A DNA stretch of 64,000 bases from positions 4,836,001 to 4,900,000 of the forward strand of contig CM060732.1 of assembly GCA_030704615.1 (NCBI GenBank), read 5' to 3'. This stretch comes from Takakia lepidozioides. Lineage: Eukaryota; Plantae; Bryophyta. Positions 43,780 through 55,100 of the stretch are shown piece after piece; position 1 is the first letter of the stretch; each line of letters opens with the position of its first letter. The translations under genes and the position numbers were made by a program. The notes beneath the pieces were generated by a model. The model worked only from the letters and a program-made list of their open reading frames with translations. It had not been told where the DNA came from and searched no databases.

Positions 43780-44230
43780 CAGTTGTCAACTAGACCAGCC
43801 ATTGAGCGTAGTATGGTGACTCCTGGGGTAGTCCTGGTGGACAATCAGGATGGGATGTTTCAGTTGGGTGGCCCAGCCGGGAGGAGGTATATGCCACTGC
43901 GGGTCTTGTTGGATTCGGGAGCACAGCCATTGATGTTGGGGAGAGCAGCAATTGCACGCTTGGGCCTTACAGAGGCGGATTTGGAGCCTTGTCCTTTCCA
44001 AATTCAAACATCTTTGGGCGGTTCAGAGAAGGCACGAGGGATTACACACCATGAGCTCTTCATTCGATTGCAGCCATATCATCCTACAGATGGCTCTGTC
44101 ATGAGAGCTAAAGCCATTGTTACGGACGCGATGTTTTATGATGTGTTTGTTGGTGGGGCTGTGTTATACCCAATGGGCTTTACTTTGGACTTTTGGGAGG
44201 AAACGACATCCTACAGGCCGGAATGACAGT
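43780..44230 (+). pseudogene. Retrotransposon aspartic protease
   Basis: VLLDSGAQPLMLG active site at about 43903, with YDVFVGG downstream. Confidence 0.85.
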
Positions 44231-44599
44231 CAGGGGATGGTCGACGTGCACTGCTCCTAGTGCGGTTTATTGGGAATGTACCGGTGGATCATATAAACAT
44301 GATGCCCACATTGGCTGCATTCTCAGGGGTGGTGGCTTGGGGTGGTGAGCTCTTGGAGGGCAATAGCCATGCAGATGATAGGCCACCACCTGATGAGGAC
44401 AAACAATTGGCATACAAGGCTGATTTGCTTTCTCATGTGCATGTTCATATTCCACTGTGGGGTACAGTTAGGAATTTGCATCGAGTAGCAGGCGAGTGTG
44501 TGCACCAAATATGGTAGGAGGCCTATCCATTGGTGAGTGAGGGGAGTTCAGTGACATCACCTGGACCTCCTCAGTTAGCTCCTTTGGACACAGTGCCCA

Positions 44600-45500
44600 T
44601 TATCTGGCAACCACCTGACTCAGGGATTTGTTTGCTAGACATGTTTGGAGGTATGAGCACTGGGCTTGCAGGAGTGTTGCAAGCAAGGATTAAAGTACAC
44701 AAGTACTTGTATTTGGAGAAGGATGAGATAGCTCGGCATATTTCTATGCGCCACATCGCCTTGCTCACACACCGGTATCCTGAGTTGTTGCCTCTCTCAG
44801 TAATTTAAGGGTATCAAAAGGCCTTGCCAACAGACATTACCTTGCTGGGGGCGAATGATTTGGACCGGCATGGTGCCATTGACTTGGTAATAGCTGGATG
44901 ACCTTGCCAAGGACACTCTCCTGCAGGTCATGGGAATGGCTTGCATGATGCATGATCGCATTTGTTTTGGGAGATGTTGAGAGTGTTGCATGACTTGCAG
45001 ACGTGACAAGTGCAACCTCTAGCATATATCTTGGAGAATGTTCCTCTTATGGGGGACTCTCGGGCCAGGGTTATGGCCAGTGTGCATCAGGTGCGGTCTT
45101 GGATTGGATCGGCGGTGCTATTGGATGCAGCAGCGGTGGGATCACGAGCGCATCGACCTCGATTGTGGTGGACCAATCTTGCACCACCAGAGCTGCTCAA
45201 GAGAGCATCGATTCCATTCAATGGCCACCCAATCGCACAGTTGAGGGCATTTTCGAGTGGGGCAGCCACATGTAGCCTTGCCTACGCTCATGGGCTTTCC
45301 CCTGTCTCATGTTTTTTGAGACAATGGTCCTAGGTTGATTTGGGACAGTGTGCTATAGCAATTGGTAGAGCCCAATGCGGATGAGCGAGAGCGGGCAATG
45401 GGATTTGTCATGGGCACTACAGCTGTGTCAGCTGTGTTAGAGGCATCACGCCGACAAATGTTGGGTCAAGCAATGGATCTAAATTGCTTGACATGGGTCA
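44600..45500 (+). pseudogene. C5 cytosine DNA methyltransferase domain inside pol
   Basis: Motif I LLDMFGGM; II YLEKD; IV DLVIAG*PCQGHS (Cys at 44905-44907); VI YILENV; VIII AHRPRLWWTN; IX ERERAMGF; X RQMLGQAMD. Motifs I-VIII share the protease frame. Confidence 0.92.
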
Positions 45501-45999
45501 TTGCATTGGCTTGTGCATGGCTGAACAACAGAGGTTGCAGACAGTGGTGGTTACTTCTGCACTCCCATTGGGTATTGCATCCTCTCTGCCTACCGGGACG
45601 GTTGAGGTAGTGAGTGGGGGCGAGTACATGATCATGGGGTGCAAACATCCATGGCAGATGTAGGATGAGATGCGGAAAGATAGAGTCCTTGGATCTCTCA
45701 AGTAGCAATATGAGGAGTGGGGAGAGCCATACACTGAGGATCAGTTGGAGGCCAAGGTGGCCAATGTTTTTGAAGAGGTTGAGAATGTTTCTTCCCTAGA
45801 GGATGTTCTCAAGGTAGCTATGGCGGAGCAAGTGGAGGCTACGCCACGGTCAGGGTGGGCAGATAGGGCCCAAGAGGTTGTTATCTAGCAACCAAATGAT
45901 GCGTCTCCTACCTCCAAGCCTGGTGTACCCAAGGTTGCAGTCACTGAGGACAACTGGGAACCAGATGTTGGACCTACAGTCACCGGAGGAGAGAGTCGA

Positions 46000-46495
46000 A
46001 AGATCCAGCGATTTCTAAGGGCTTATAGAAATTGCTTTGCCTTTGGTTTGAAGGATTTGGGGAGTTTGAAGGGCCAGGAGATTCATAATGATTTGGCAAG
46101 TGACACGCCAATTTTTTGAAGGCCCTACCGGTATAGTGACATGGAGAGGTCATTGATCCAGTCACGGACTATGGAGCTGTTCGAAGCTGGATTGGTGGAG
46201 TTGTCAGGCGGGGAGTATGCCTCGGCAACGGTGATGTTAGCTAAGAAAGATATCTATGGCAATTAGATAGAAAGAAGGATGTATGGGAACTATCGTCTTG
46301 TGAATTGTCAGACTAAGTCCGATAGATATGTCATGCCAACTCCAGAGAAGATCTTTGATGCCATTGGGCATGCAAAGGTGTTTAACACATTGGACTTGCG
46401 ATCCGGTTGCCAATCAAAGAGGCTGACAAGTAAAAGACGGCATTCTGGGGGATTGACCAACATGGGAAGGATTGCTTGTACTAATGGCGGTTCCT
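46000..46495 (+). pseudogene. Ty3/Gypsy reverse transcriptase N-terminal part; YxDD region and RNase H deleted
   Basis: PIF*RPYRYS..EAGLVELS..YASATV..KKD..RRMYGNYRLVN..DRYVMPTPEKIFDAIGHAKVFNTLDLRSG..KTAFW, then a jump to pre-integrase sequence. Confidence 0.88.
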
Positions 46496-46559
46496 ACAAC
46501 GAGCCAAGAGGTTCAAGTGGGAGGGGACTCACCTACTCCGAGTATGGGAGGATGGACGA

Positions 46560-47665
46560 GTGAGGATTGTGCCTCATCCAACACAACGAGCGCGATTGGT
46601 ACGCCATGCTCATGAGGAGTTGGGACATTTTGGGGTGTGACGCACTCATAGTTTGTTGCAAGGACAGTACTGGTGGTGGGGCATGCACACGGATGTGCAA
46701 TAGTTAGTGGCAAGGTGTGGTGTGTGATAGAGTGCGGGCTTCTTTCAATGCACCTACTCCACAATTGCATCATTTACCCATTATGGGTTTGGGATATCGT
46801 TGGAGTCTTGACTTCGCAGGCCCATTGCCACTAACGATTCGCCATAACAAGTATGTGCTGGTGATGGTGAAACATTTCTCCAAGTGGATAGAACTGGTGG
46901 CATTGCCTGAGAAGGCAAGTGATGGGGCTGCGTATGCATTCTTAGATCGAGTGCTTCGCCAATTTGGTGCTCCAGCCGAGGTACTCACGGACCAGGGGAG
47001 AGAATTCTTGGGGGAGTTTCAGGCTTTGTGTGAGCAAGCCTTGATAGACCACCACACTACTTCTCGGGATCATCCCGAGACTGATGGCCTGACAGAGAGG
47101 GTTGTACAAACAGTCAAGCGAGGCTTGCGCAAGTATGGCTTGCAGAAGGGACACTTGGGAGATTGGGACCTTCAACTACTTGGTTGGTCATGGGCAACAG
47201 GTTTAGCAAGCAAGCATTATTTGCCTCGTTCTCGCCTTATTTCCTTCTCTTTGGCCGAGAGCCAGATTTGTCTGCATCTATTTACAGAGAGACTGCAGTA
47301 GTCCTCAATCTTGATGATCCGGACATATGTGGACACAAGCATGTGCCCAGCGGGCAGAATTGTTCAAGAGAGTCATGCCTATGGCTTTTGATAACCTTGC
47401 TATTGCCCAACACCGAGACACATTGAGGTACGTCACTATACATGGAGGGGGATATCGGCCAGGTATTCAGCGTTTCCACCCTGGGGACTATGTGTATCTG
47501 CAGCAGACAACGCCTACGACTTTGGATGTCACAGCAGGACGTGTGATTCTAAAGGTCCGGGAGGTATTGCCTTCAGGAGTGTTGATTTTGGAGGGTCGAG
47601 ATGGCATGGTGTGGAAGGACCATGTGTGCAATTGTGCACCATGTCACCTTCCACATGTGGATGGA
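46560..47665 (+). pseudogene. Integrase (HHCC, DDE core, C-terminal module)
   Basis: HEELGHFG..YWW.GM..C..CD; WSLDFAGPLP; VLTDQGREF; HPETDGLTERVVQTVK; FSPYFLLFGREP; FHPGDYVYL. Confidence 0.92.
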
Positions 47666-47706
47666 TGATAGATCCCAACCTTGCAGTGGTACCTGCAGGA
47701 TTGCGT

Positions 47707-47839
47707 TGCATGCTATGTGGGCATGCTCGTGGTGCCGCAACCATGCTGGTGTGTGACAAATGCTCAAGGGGGTGGCACATGGGATGCTTAACACCGCCAC
47801 TTGGAGGTTCCTAGTGGAGAATGGTTGTGTCCACGATGC
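47707..47839 (+). pseudogene. PHD finger C-terminal to integrase
   Basis: CMLCGHARGAATMLVCDKCSRGWHMGCLTPPL, a 1-nt frameshift, then EVPSGEWLCPRC: a C4HC3 pattern with the conserved W. Confidence 0.9.
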
Positions 47840-48100
47840 CTTGGACATAGGTAGTGGGCATGACAATGGTGGAGTTGACAAGTGATCCAAGGTCTAGCTG
47901 GTGGGAGCTCAACGCCATGGATACTCAATTGAAAATCATGAATTGCAAGCAGGCGATTAACGATGGGGCTCTCGTTGCACCTGGCCTCTTGATCCATATA
48001 CTTTAGAGAATTTGGACATGTGCGATTGAAGACCAAGCGATGATCTTATTGAGATGGATGCTTGTTAGCTATCCGGTGTTAGAGGGACCTAATTACTAGC

Positions 48101-48653
48101 TAGGGGGGCGATTGTGGCATAGCTTTCTAGGATTGTGTGCTTAGAATGTATGGTGGACAGCGATGTATATTGTGGCACGATGCTTAGGTGCACGACAGCT
48201 GTCATGGTTTTAGTCATGGTTAACTAGAATTACCTACTTCTAGTTAACTAGGATATTTTGGATATTTATATTTATATTTTGTGTGTTGGGACTTCATTTG
48301 GTCTCATATGCCAAGTAAGGTGTCAAACCTCACTTGGGATATGAGGATGGATTTTCCCCTTTTGAGTGTTGAGGAGGACTCATCTTCTTGTAGTTGAGCC
48401 TCCATGAGCCTCTCCCACCTCCATAGCTCTAGGTATTGAGAAGGAGTGCGGTGAGGGCTTTGTATGGTGGATTCCTTTAACAAAGGTGCCTTTGGCTTTA
48501 CTTAGTTTATGTGATTGAGTGGATTCATGAGTGGAGTGTTTCCATTGTGTTCACTTTCATTATCATTGTGGCATAGTTTTCTAGGATTGTTTGCTTAGAA
48601 TGTATGGTGGACAGCGATGTATGTTGCGGCACGATGCTTAGATGCACGACAGT
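48101..48653 (+). mobile_element. 3' end of the retroelement: PPT, duplicated 86-bp TGTGG..CGACA segment and a family A LTR fragment
   Basis: aggggggcga, then TGTGGCATAG at 48113-48198, repeated at 48568-48653; the family A start occupies 48200-48566 between them. Confidence 0.65.
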
Positions 48654-49134
48654 CACCTGAAGTTCAAATATGATTCTAGTTATACATAGTGGATTGATGT
48701 TGGGACCATAATCTCAACAGTGACTATGACATTTGAACCATCTCAGAACTTGTACTCTTTAGATCCAAGTGATGCTGTGGCTTTGAATGAGTTCGTGGCT
48801 AATGAAAATTACTATTCTCTAGGTCCAGCATTTGACTTATGTATGGAATGTTGTTTGTGTACATGATTTGAAATTTTGTAATTATTTAAAAAGATGATTT
48901 AAAATAAGATCTAATTAATTGTTGAAAAAAAAATTATAAAGAAAAATAGGGTATTACGAAACAAAGGGTTTTACAATATTACCTAAAGATAGGATGGAAA
49001 AAAATGCAAAATTTAAAAAATATAGCATAGTATAAATATACATTTGTACGCACGTGATATGGAAAAAATACATATAGTGACCTCCCCCGTGATCTGGAGT
49101 TAGGGTGACCTAACAGCCACCAGTTAGGGGTCCA

Positions 49135-50860
49135 TTGTGGCAGACTAGTTGTGTGTGTATGCACTGTACGGTTTGGACAATGATGTAATTGTGTAGCGAT
49201 ATGTATGCGCATGACAACTATCAAGTGATTTTTCATGTAGTGTAAAACTAACTATAGTATATCTAGTTATCTATATTTTAATACTTGAAAGTAGCTTAAG
49301 TGTTAAGTAAGGTGTCAAGATCAATTTGACACCTAAAATGTCTTATCCTTACGTTTGTGGTCGTGAGGCTCATCCCTCTCGAATTGAGCCTGCACGACCG
49401 AGAGCTCTTTGTGTGCATATGAGTAGTTGAGTGTGCTTATACAGAGTAGGTTGTTATGGGGTGGATTCCTCGTAGCGCCGGGCTTAACTAATACATTTGA
49501 GTGATTTTTGAGTGATTTATTATGGTGGCAAACTACTTAAGTGTGTGCATGCGTTGTATCGTTTGGATAACAATGTAGTTGTGTAACGATTGGTATGCGC
49601 ACGACAACTATCAACTGATTTTTACTTCAATGTGAAGCTAATTACAATATATATATAGTTATTTATATTTCAACACTTGGAATTAGTTCAAGTGTTAACT
49701 AAGGTGTCAAGATAAATTTGATACCAGAAACGTCTTATCCTCACATGGTCGTGAGGCTAGTCTCTCTTGAGTTGAGCCTACATGACAGACATCTCTTTTT
49801 GTGCATATGAGTATGTGAGTATGCTTATGGGAGAGTAGGTTGTTGTGGGGTGGATTCTCCGTACCGTCCCTTGACAACGGATTAGGCATTTTTGCGCCTA
49901 AATCCAAAATCAATCAATCAGAAAATTAGGCATGTTTTGAAAACAAGTTCTCAAATTAGGAATTGCATGCTACAATTTTTTAGAATTAGGCACATGAGAA
50001 GAGAAAACATCTATTTTCTTAAGAATAAAATTACAAAAATAGACACCCAATGCCCATGGGTCCTTCCTAGCTCTAGCTACCTTTCATTTCCTTTGAAACC
50101 CTAAAAATGCCCCTCTTTGTTGTACGCGGTGCTCCAAGGGATTTTACGGGCTTTCGAGCATACTTTCCAGGGAGAAGCTATGCGAGCAAATTTTGTAACC
50201 AATTTGTTTGCAGTGAATGATGATTTGGTGGACGGGAATGCTCAAGTCATTGAGGGTATCCCTGATATCTACCTTGACCTTAGTGTAAAGGAAACTATGT
50301 ATAGATGTCTTGCAAATCTACACATTGAAAATGAGGATATCCCCGATCTCAATGTGGTGGACGAAGTAGATGGAGAGATGATGACGATTAGCGAGGATGA
50401 TGAGTATGATGACATTGTCGAGTCGATGCAAAGGCTTTTCGAAGTTACATGGAGCTAGCTCTCGCAAATAGATTGCGATTTGTAGGAAGTTATTTCCGCA
50501 CACATATATTTGTATTGATTTTTGTTCAAAGAAATTTTGATCTTATTATAAACAACATGAGAAGAGGCTTGCAAGTTTTTTGGTGGAATTTTTGGACATT
50601 AGGCACTTTGGTCCCATATTTTCCTGAAATTAGGCTTAAATCTGAAAAAATCACAGAATTCGTTAGGCACTTTCATTTTGAATTAATTATCGCCTAATCC
50701 ATTGTCCAGGGACGGTAGCACGGTATCATGGGGTGCCCCGGACTTAACTAATATATTTGAGTGATTTATTATTGTGGTAGACTAGTTTGTGTGTATGTAT
50801 GCGTTCTATGATTTGGACAACAATGTAGTTATGTAGTGATGTGTATGCGCAAGACAAAGA
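49135..50860. repeat. Degenerate tandem repeat of about 390 bp (2 copies plus a partial third), interrupted by a MITE
   Basis: gtggcagactag..gtatgcgca.gacaa recurs at about 49137, 49525 and 50774. Confidence 0.75.
49864..50715. mobile_element. Non-autonomous TIR element with TA target duplication
   Basis: TA|CCGTCCCTTGACAACGGATTAGGC pairs with GCCTAATCCATTGTCCAGGGACGG|TA (22/24). ATTAGGC subterminal repeats are present, and an acidic ORF remnant lies at 50117-50458. Confidence 0.8.
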
Positions 50861-52178
50861 GTTTATGATCACCTACTACTTACTACCCATACCCTACAAT
50901 GGAAAGGTTGAGTCGACCAAAGGTGTGGGGACAATGTTGACAAAACTTCATAATGCATGGAATGGACCATTGTTGTGCAAAGGTTTGATTTGGCCTTAGT
51001 TCCCCCGGCGGGTCCCAACCCATGTATATATATATATATGAAAAGATGGGATAACCGGATTTGGTTGAGAACTAGCGGCGGTGTTGTTGTTGTTGATGTT
51101 GTTTTTCTTTTTCCTTTTTTCTTTTTTTTGATCGGGTACTAGTGGCCCGAAAGAGGCAGGTTATGAACCTTTAGACCCTTGGGCTTGTTTGAGAACCCCA
51201 TAGTGAACCCTCATAAACTCCATTTGTCCATAACCACATAGGCTTTAAGATTTTATTTGTTGCCAAACGGCAGGATATTAGATAAAGATAAAGTTTCTTT
51301 AACATCCAGTGAATTTACAGAGCCTACTGCTCAACACACAGGCCGTGGAGGGCCCAATGGACGGTCTGAAGGCACATGTTGAAGGATTGAAAGGAGAGAG
51401 CTCCAAAACCCTGGCACCCGGAGGATGTGAACACAAAGTTGAAGTAAATCAAATGACCGCACAACACTGGAAAGGACATGGGGTCTCTGTCCAGGATAGG
51501 CCAACATACCCTAAAGGATTTTATATCCAACAGTTCACTGCATAGGACTACCGCTAGGTAGTATTGCACCACAATTGGTGCTTGGCACTCTGGCATATCT
51601 GGCTAAATCGACACGTGTCTAGGTATGTGGTATTTACCATTAAGAAGAGTGTGCTGGGATAGTGTGAAGGACTTTCACCACAATGTTTGTAGGTAACTAC
51701 CGTTCGTGACTTTCCACGGTCGTGTCCTCTCATCTGTTATCGTAGCTCTCGTAGGCCGTCCCAAGGCCATCCCCAAGTCTCCTTGCATCTCTGCCACTCG
51801 TTCTGCATCTTGATTTCTTTCACGGGCTACTCCTTGCTTATTTGTCTCTTGGACGCAAATCTGCTGGCAACATTTCTGCCATCCTCTACTGTTGACAGAG
51901 TTGTCAAGCTTTCCATATAATGGTTCTCCCTGTGCAAATTCGTGTCTTTCGAATTTGCTCGCAGAAAGAGGACTTTTAACTGAAGGCCATTCCAACGTGG
52001 TTGCATAACATGGAGTAGTTCTATCAATCTAACTATGCACTATATGTTTCCCTTGGTTTGCATCTCCATCTTGTTCGTCTGTTCTCTATGTCTCTTCAGT
52101 CTCTTTCACGACATGAAGCTTTATGAGTAAAGGATTCTATATTTTGGTGTAGAAGTCGGGTTTTTTTGTTAATGCGAT

Positions 52179-55100
52179 ATGGCTGCATCAAGAGAACCGG
52201 AGGATGTGATTATATCAAGAGGCGGCTCAGTGCTTGGCAAGAAGACGATTTTGAAGAGTGATCACTTTCCCGGATGCCAGAATAAGCGACTGTTGCCTCA
52301 TGTGGATGGAGCTCCTAACTATCGACAGGTTGCATGCGTGTCCCCATTTTTACCAACAATGAATCTCATGCGTGGTTGATGTTGTAATGTCCGGTGCTTA
52401 CGTCGAGTCGAGAAAGTATTCTACTTCTGAGTAACCCCGCCTCATGATGGAATCCTTATTTAATGCTGTGAGGGAAAAACCAATTTTGTGGCCAATCCCT
52501 TACATGTTCCTACTTCTGCAGTTTGTTTCTCATTGGCTTATAATTAGCACGCCTTGGTCAACGACCGTCTGTGTCTTTCCGATCTACTGACGCCTCCCTT
52601 TTCCAAATAGCTCGTTACCATGAATCCCATGCCTCTAGTCTGTTGGGGCGGCTCTTTTAAAACCGATATGTGGTGCAGGGGTGTTGTTACGTGTGAAATA
52701 TGCCTGAATGGGGAGATAGCATCGATTCATGATTGAGGTCCTTCATGAAACCGAGCGCTTGGTACAAGATTGGGAATGGCTGTCTGGACAACTAGTTTCA
52801 CAACTAAATTACAGTTCAATTCTTGTCCATCTCAGTTGTGAGGCATACTAGATGTAGGAGAACGACTTGTTCGTACGCTTTAGTGAGAAAGGGCGAGCAG
52901 ATGTTGAGTTTCGAGGGAGGAAATGCAGGTGGGGTCAATGCCAGTGTACGGAGTAGCCATCCCCACTGTTGACGGGATACGAAGAGTGTTGGAGCTAGTA
53001 GCAGCAAGTAGGTACGGTGGCCACCGTGTCCTGTGGCACAACCTGCGAGAAGAACCGGTATATGCCTCTGCTCTACTCTGTGACATAGTCCTGCTGGTTT
53101 GGAGTATTCACAAATCTCAACTTCATTACAGCAGGTGAAAGCCTTTCTAGGCCAAGGTTCAGCTACCTACACTGCTGGCTTAGCTGTGAGAGTTGGGTTC
53201 TCAGTGATATTTGCGTGTCGAAAGGTGGCTGTGAGTCTGAATGGATGACCTGTGTGTTTAACTCGGACAGGTTGTATATGTCAATGGACGCCCATTTGTT
53301 TTGCGGGAGGTGGAACGACCCTTCACAAATTTGGAGTACACAGTAAGCTCTCTTTATTCCTTCAGTATCTTTCTCCAACGTCTACCATCTGCATATTGTA
53401 TGCGTATCTCTTTTGATAGTGGCATGTCTCTCCATATGGTGCTTGCAAGGTGGGCCACAGGCACTGAGATTTGACATGCTTAATAGATTTTAGGTCTGAA
53501 AACAAGGTGTCAGTAAGGGCATGATACCTCAGTGGGGTTAGATTTGTGGGATGGACGATGATCATTGCATGGGATAGCCAATCGATCCTCATACTACCTT
53601 TTCAAAAGGTGGTGGCACCCTTCTTTAGTTGAGTAGTCAGTTTGGGAGTGGTGCTTTGTCTTTGTACCCCTCTTCTGGTGGTGCTTCTTGTTGGGCATTC
53701 ACACATAGTAAGTGCCCAGTTGCCTGGATTGACCTGCAGTCTGTTTGTTTTACGCCATGTCATGTTCTCAAGTATACAGAGGGGGTTGCTTGCAGTTTGC
53801 ACGAGATTTCTTGTGTGTTTCTCCCAAAAAATCAGAAAAACATACTCCAACGTGCATTCACCTCCAGCTTTGAATGGATCCCTCATGAGTTGTGGGCAAA
53901 TGGAGAGTTGGACGGAGCTTACCTCTCCTGTCACAACTGGTATCCAGTAGTGAAGTGGACAATGGACTTGATTTCTGCTTCAAGTACAGAGAAGCAGCCT
54001 GATACGTACTTGTTGAACCTGAGAAGTTATGTAGTAGGTTTGGAAATCAGTGTTTAACATTCTCTAGCAGAATGTGATACGGCAGAGGCACAAGCCAATA
54101 AAAATCGGCAGACAGTAGGTTTATACGAGGGGTGTAGGGTGAAAAAAACTGCATTTTGCATAAAGAAGGTGGCATTTTGGAGTACGGATGACAACATAGT
54201 AGTAAAATGGTGGATGTATGTCATGTCCTAACCAATTATCCTGACAAAGTGTCTGTGGATTGGGCATTGCTGCAGGCCTCCCAGGTACGTGAACGCCTGG
54301 GGGCTTACTGCAAGTGTCCAATTTGCGGAGACTCCGAGGAGATGCAAAGTTTATGGTAACAACAAAAGTTTTAAATGCATCAGCAGGCTAGTGTGGAAGC
54401 CAGTGTCAGGTACAATGAAGGGCAAAGACACACACAAGCCTGGCATTGTTGTTGTGGAAGAGCCCCATGGACCATTACTGTCCTAGTATTACTTCCTAAG
54501 GGGCTTCTTAGCGAGTTCTTGTGTGTCATTCTATTGTCATTGAATGTGCGTCTCTTAGGGTTTTCTGTAAACCTTCCCTCCATGTTGAGATGCAAGGGTT
54601 ATGCTTCCTGTTTGAAAAGGGCAAGGTGCCCTTGCTCTTCAATGCACTCAGTGGCCGAAACCTGTCCATGTGTGCCTCCACTCCTGTGCCTTGTGCCGTT
54701 GGAACTGAAGTAAAAGCAAACTTAGACAGGGTTGACTACATTGGAGAGGGTTGGGCTATGTCATGTGTGCCAACAGGGAATCAATAGGCAAAGGGTGGAG
54801 CAGATGGAAGCTCGATTGAAGGAAGATGTTTTGAGGGAAGCTGCACGGTATGTTTTGTTAACTCTGCCATGTTTTCCTTTTATTACAGCAGGTGGATACA
54901 GCAGGTGGATTCTCTACTCCTGAGGGTGGCCAGGTTTTGATTAAAGATATGTGTTTGAACAAGCTGTTGGAATTTTGCACAGGTATGTGAACAAGGTGAT
55001 GGTCAGTGATGAGCTGCCTGATGGTCAAATGGTAGACCAATGGGAGCCCATTGGTCAAGACTCTGTTCAAACTCCTCTTGAGGTAAAGTGCTGTACGTTT

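Noticed and set aside
44600-45500. Host DNMT gene or bacterial restriction-modification contaminant
   Set aside because: The domain is intronless, in frame with the retroviral-type protease, and flanked by gag, RT and integrase; no restriction enzyme or host regulatory domains are nearby.
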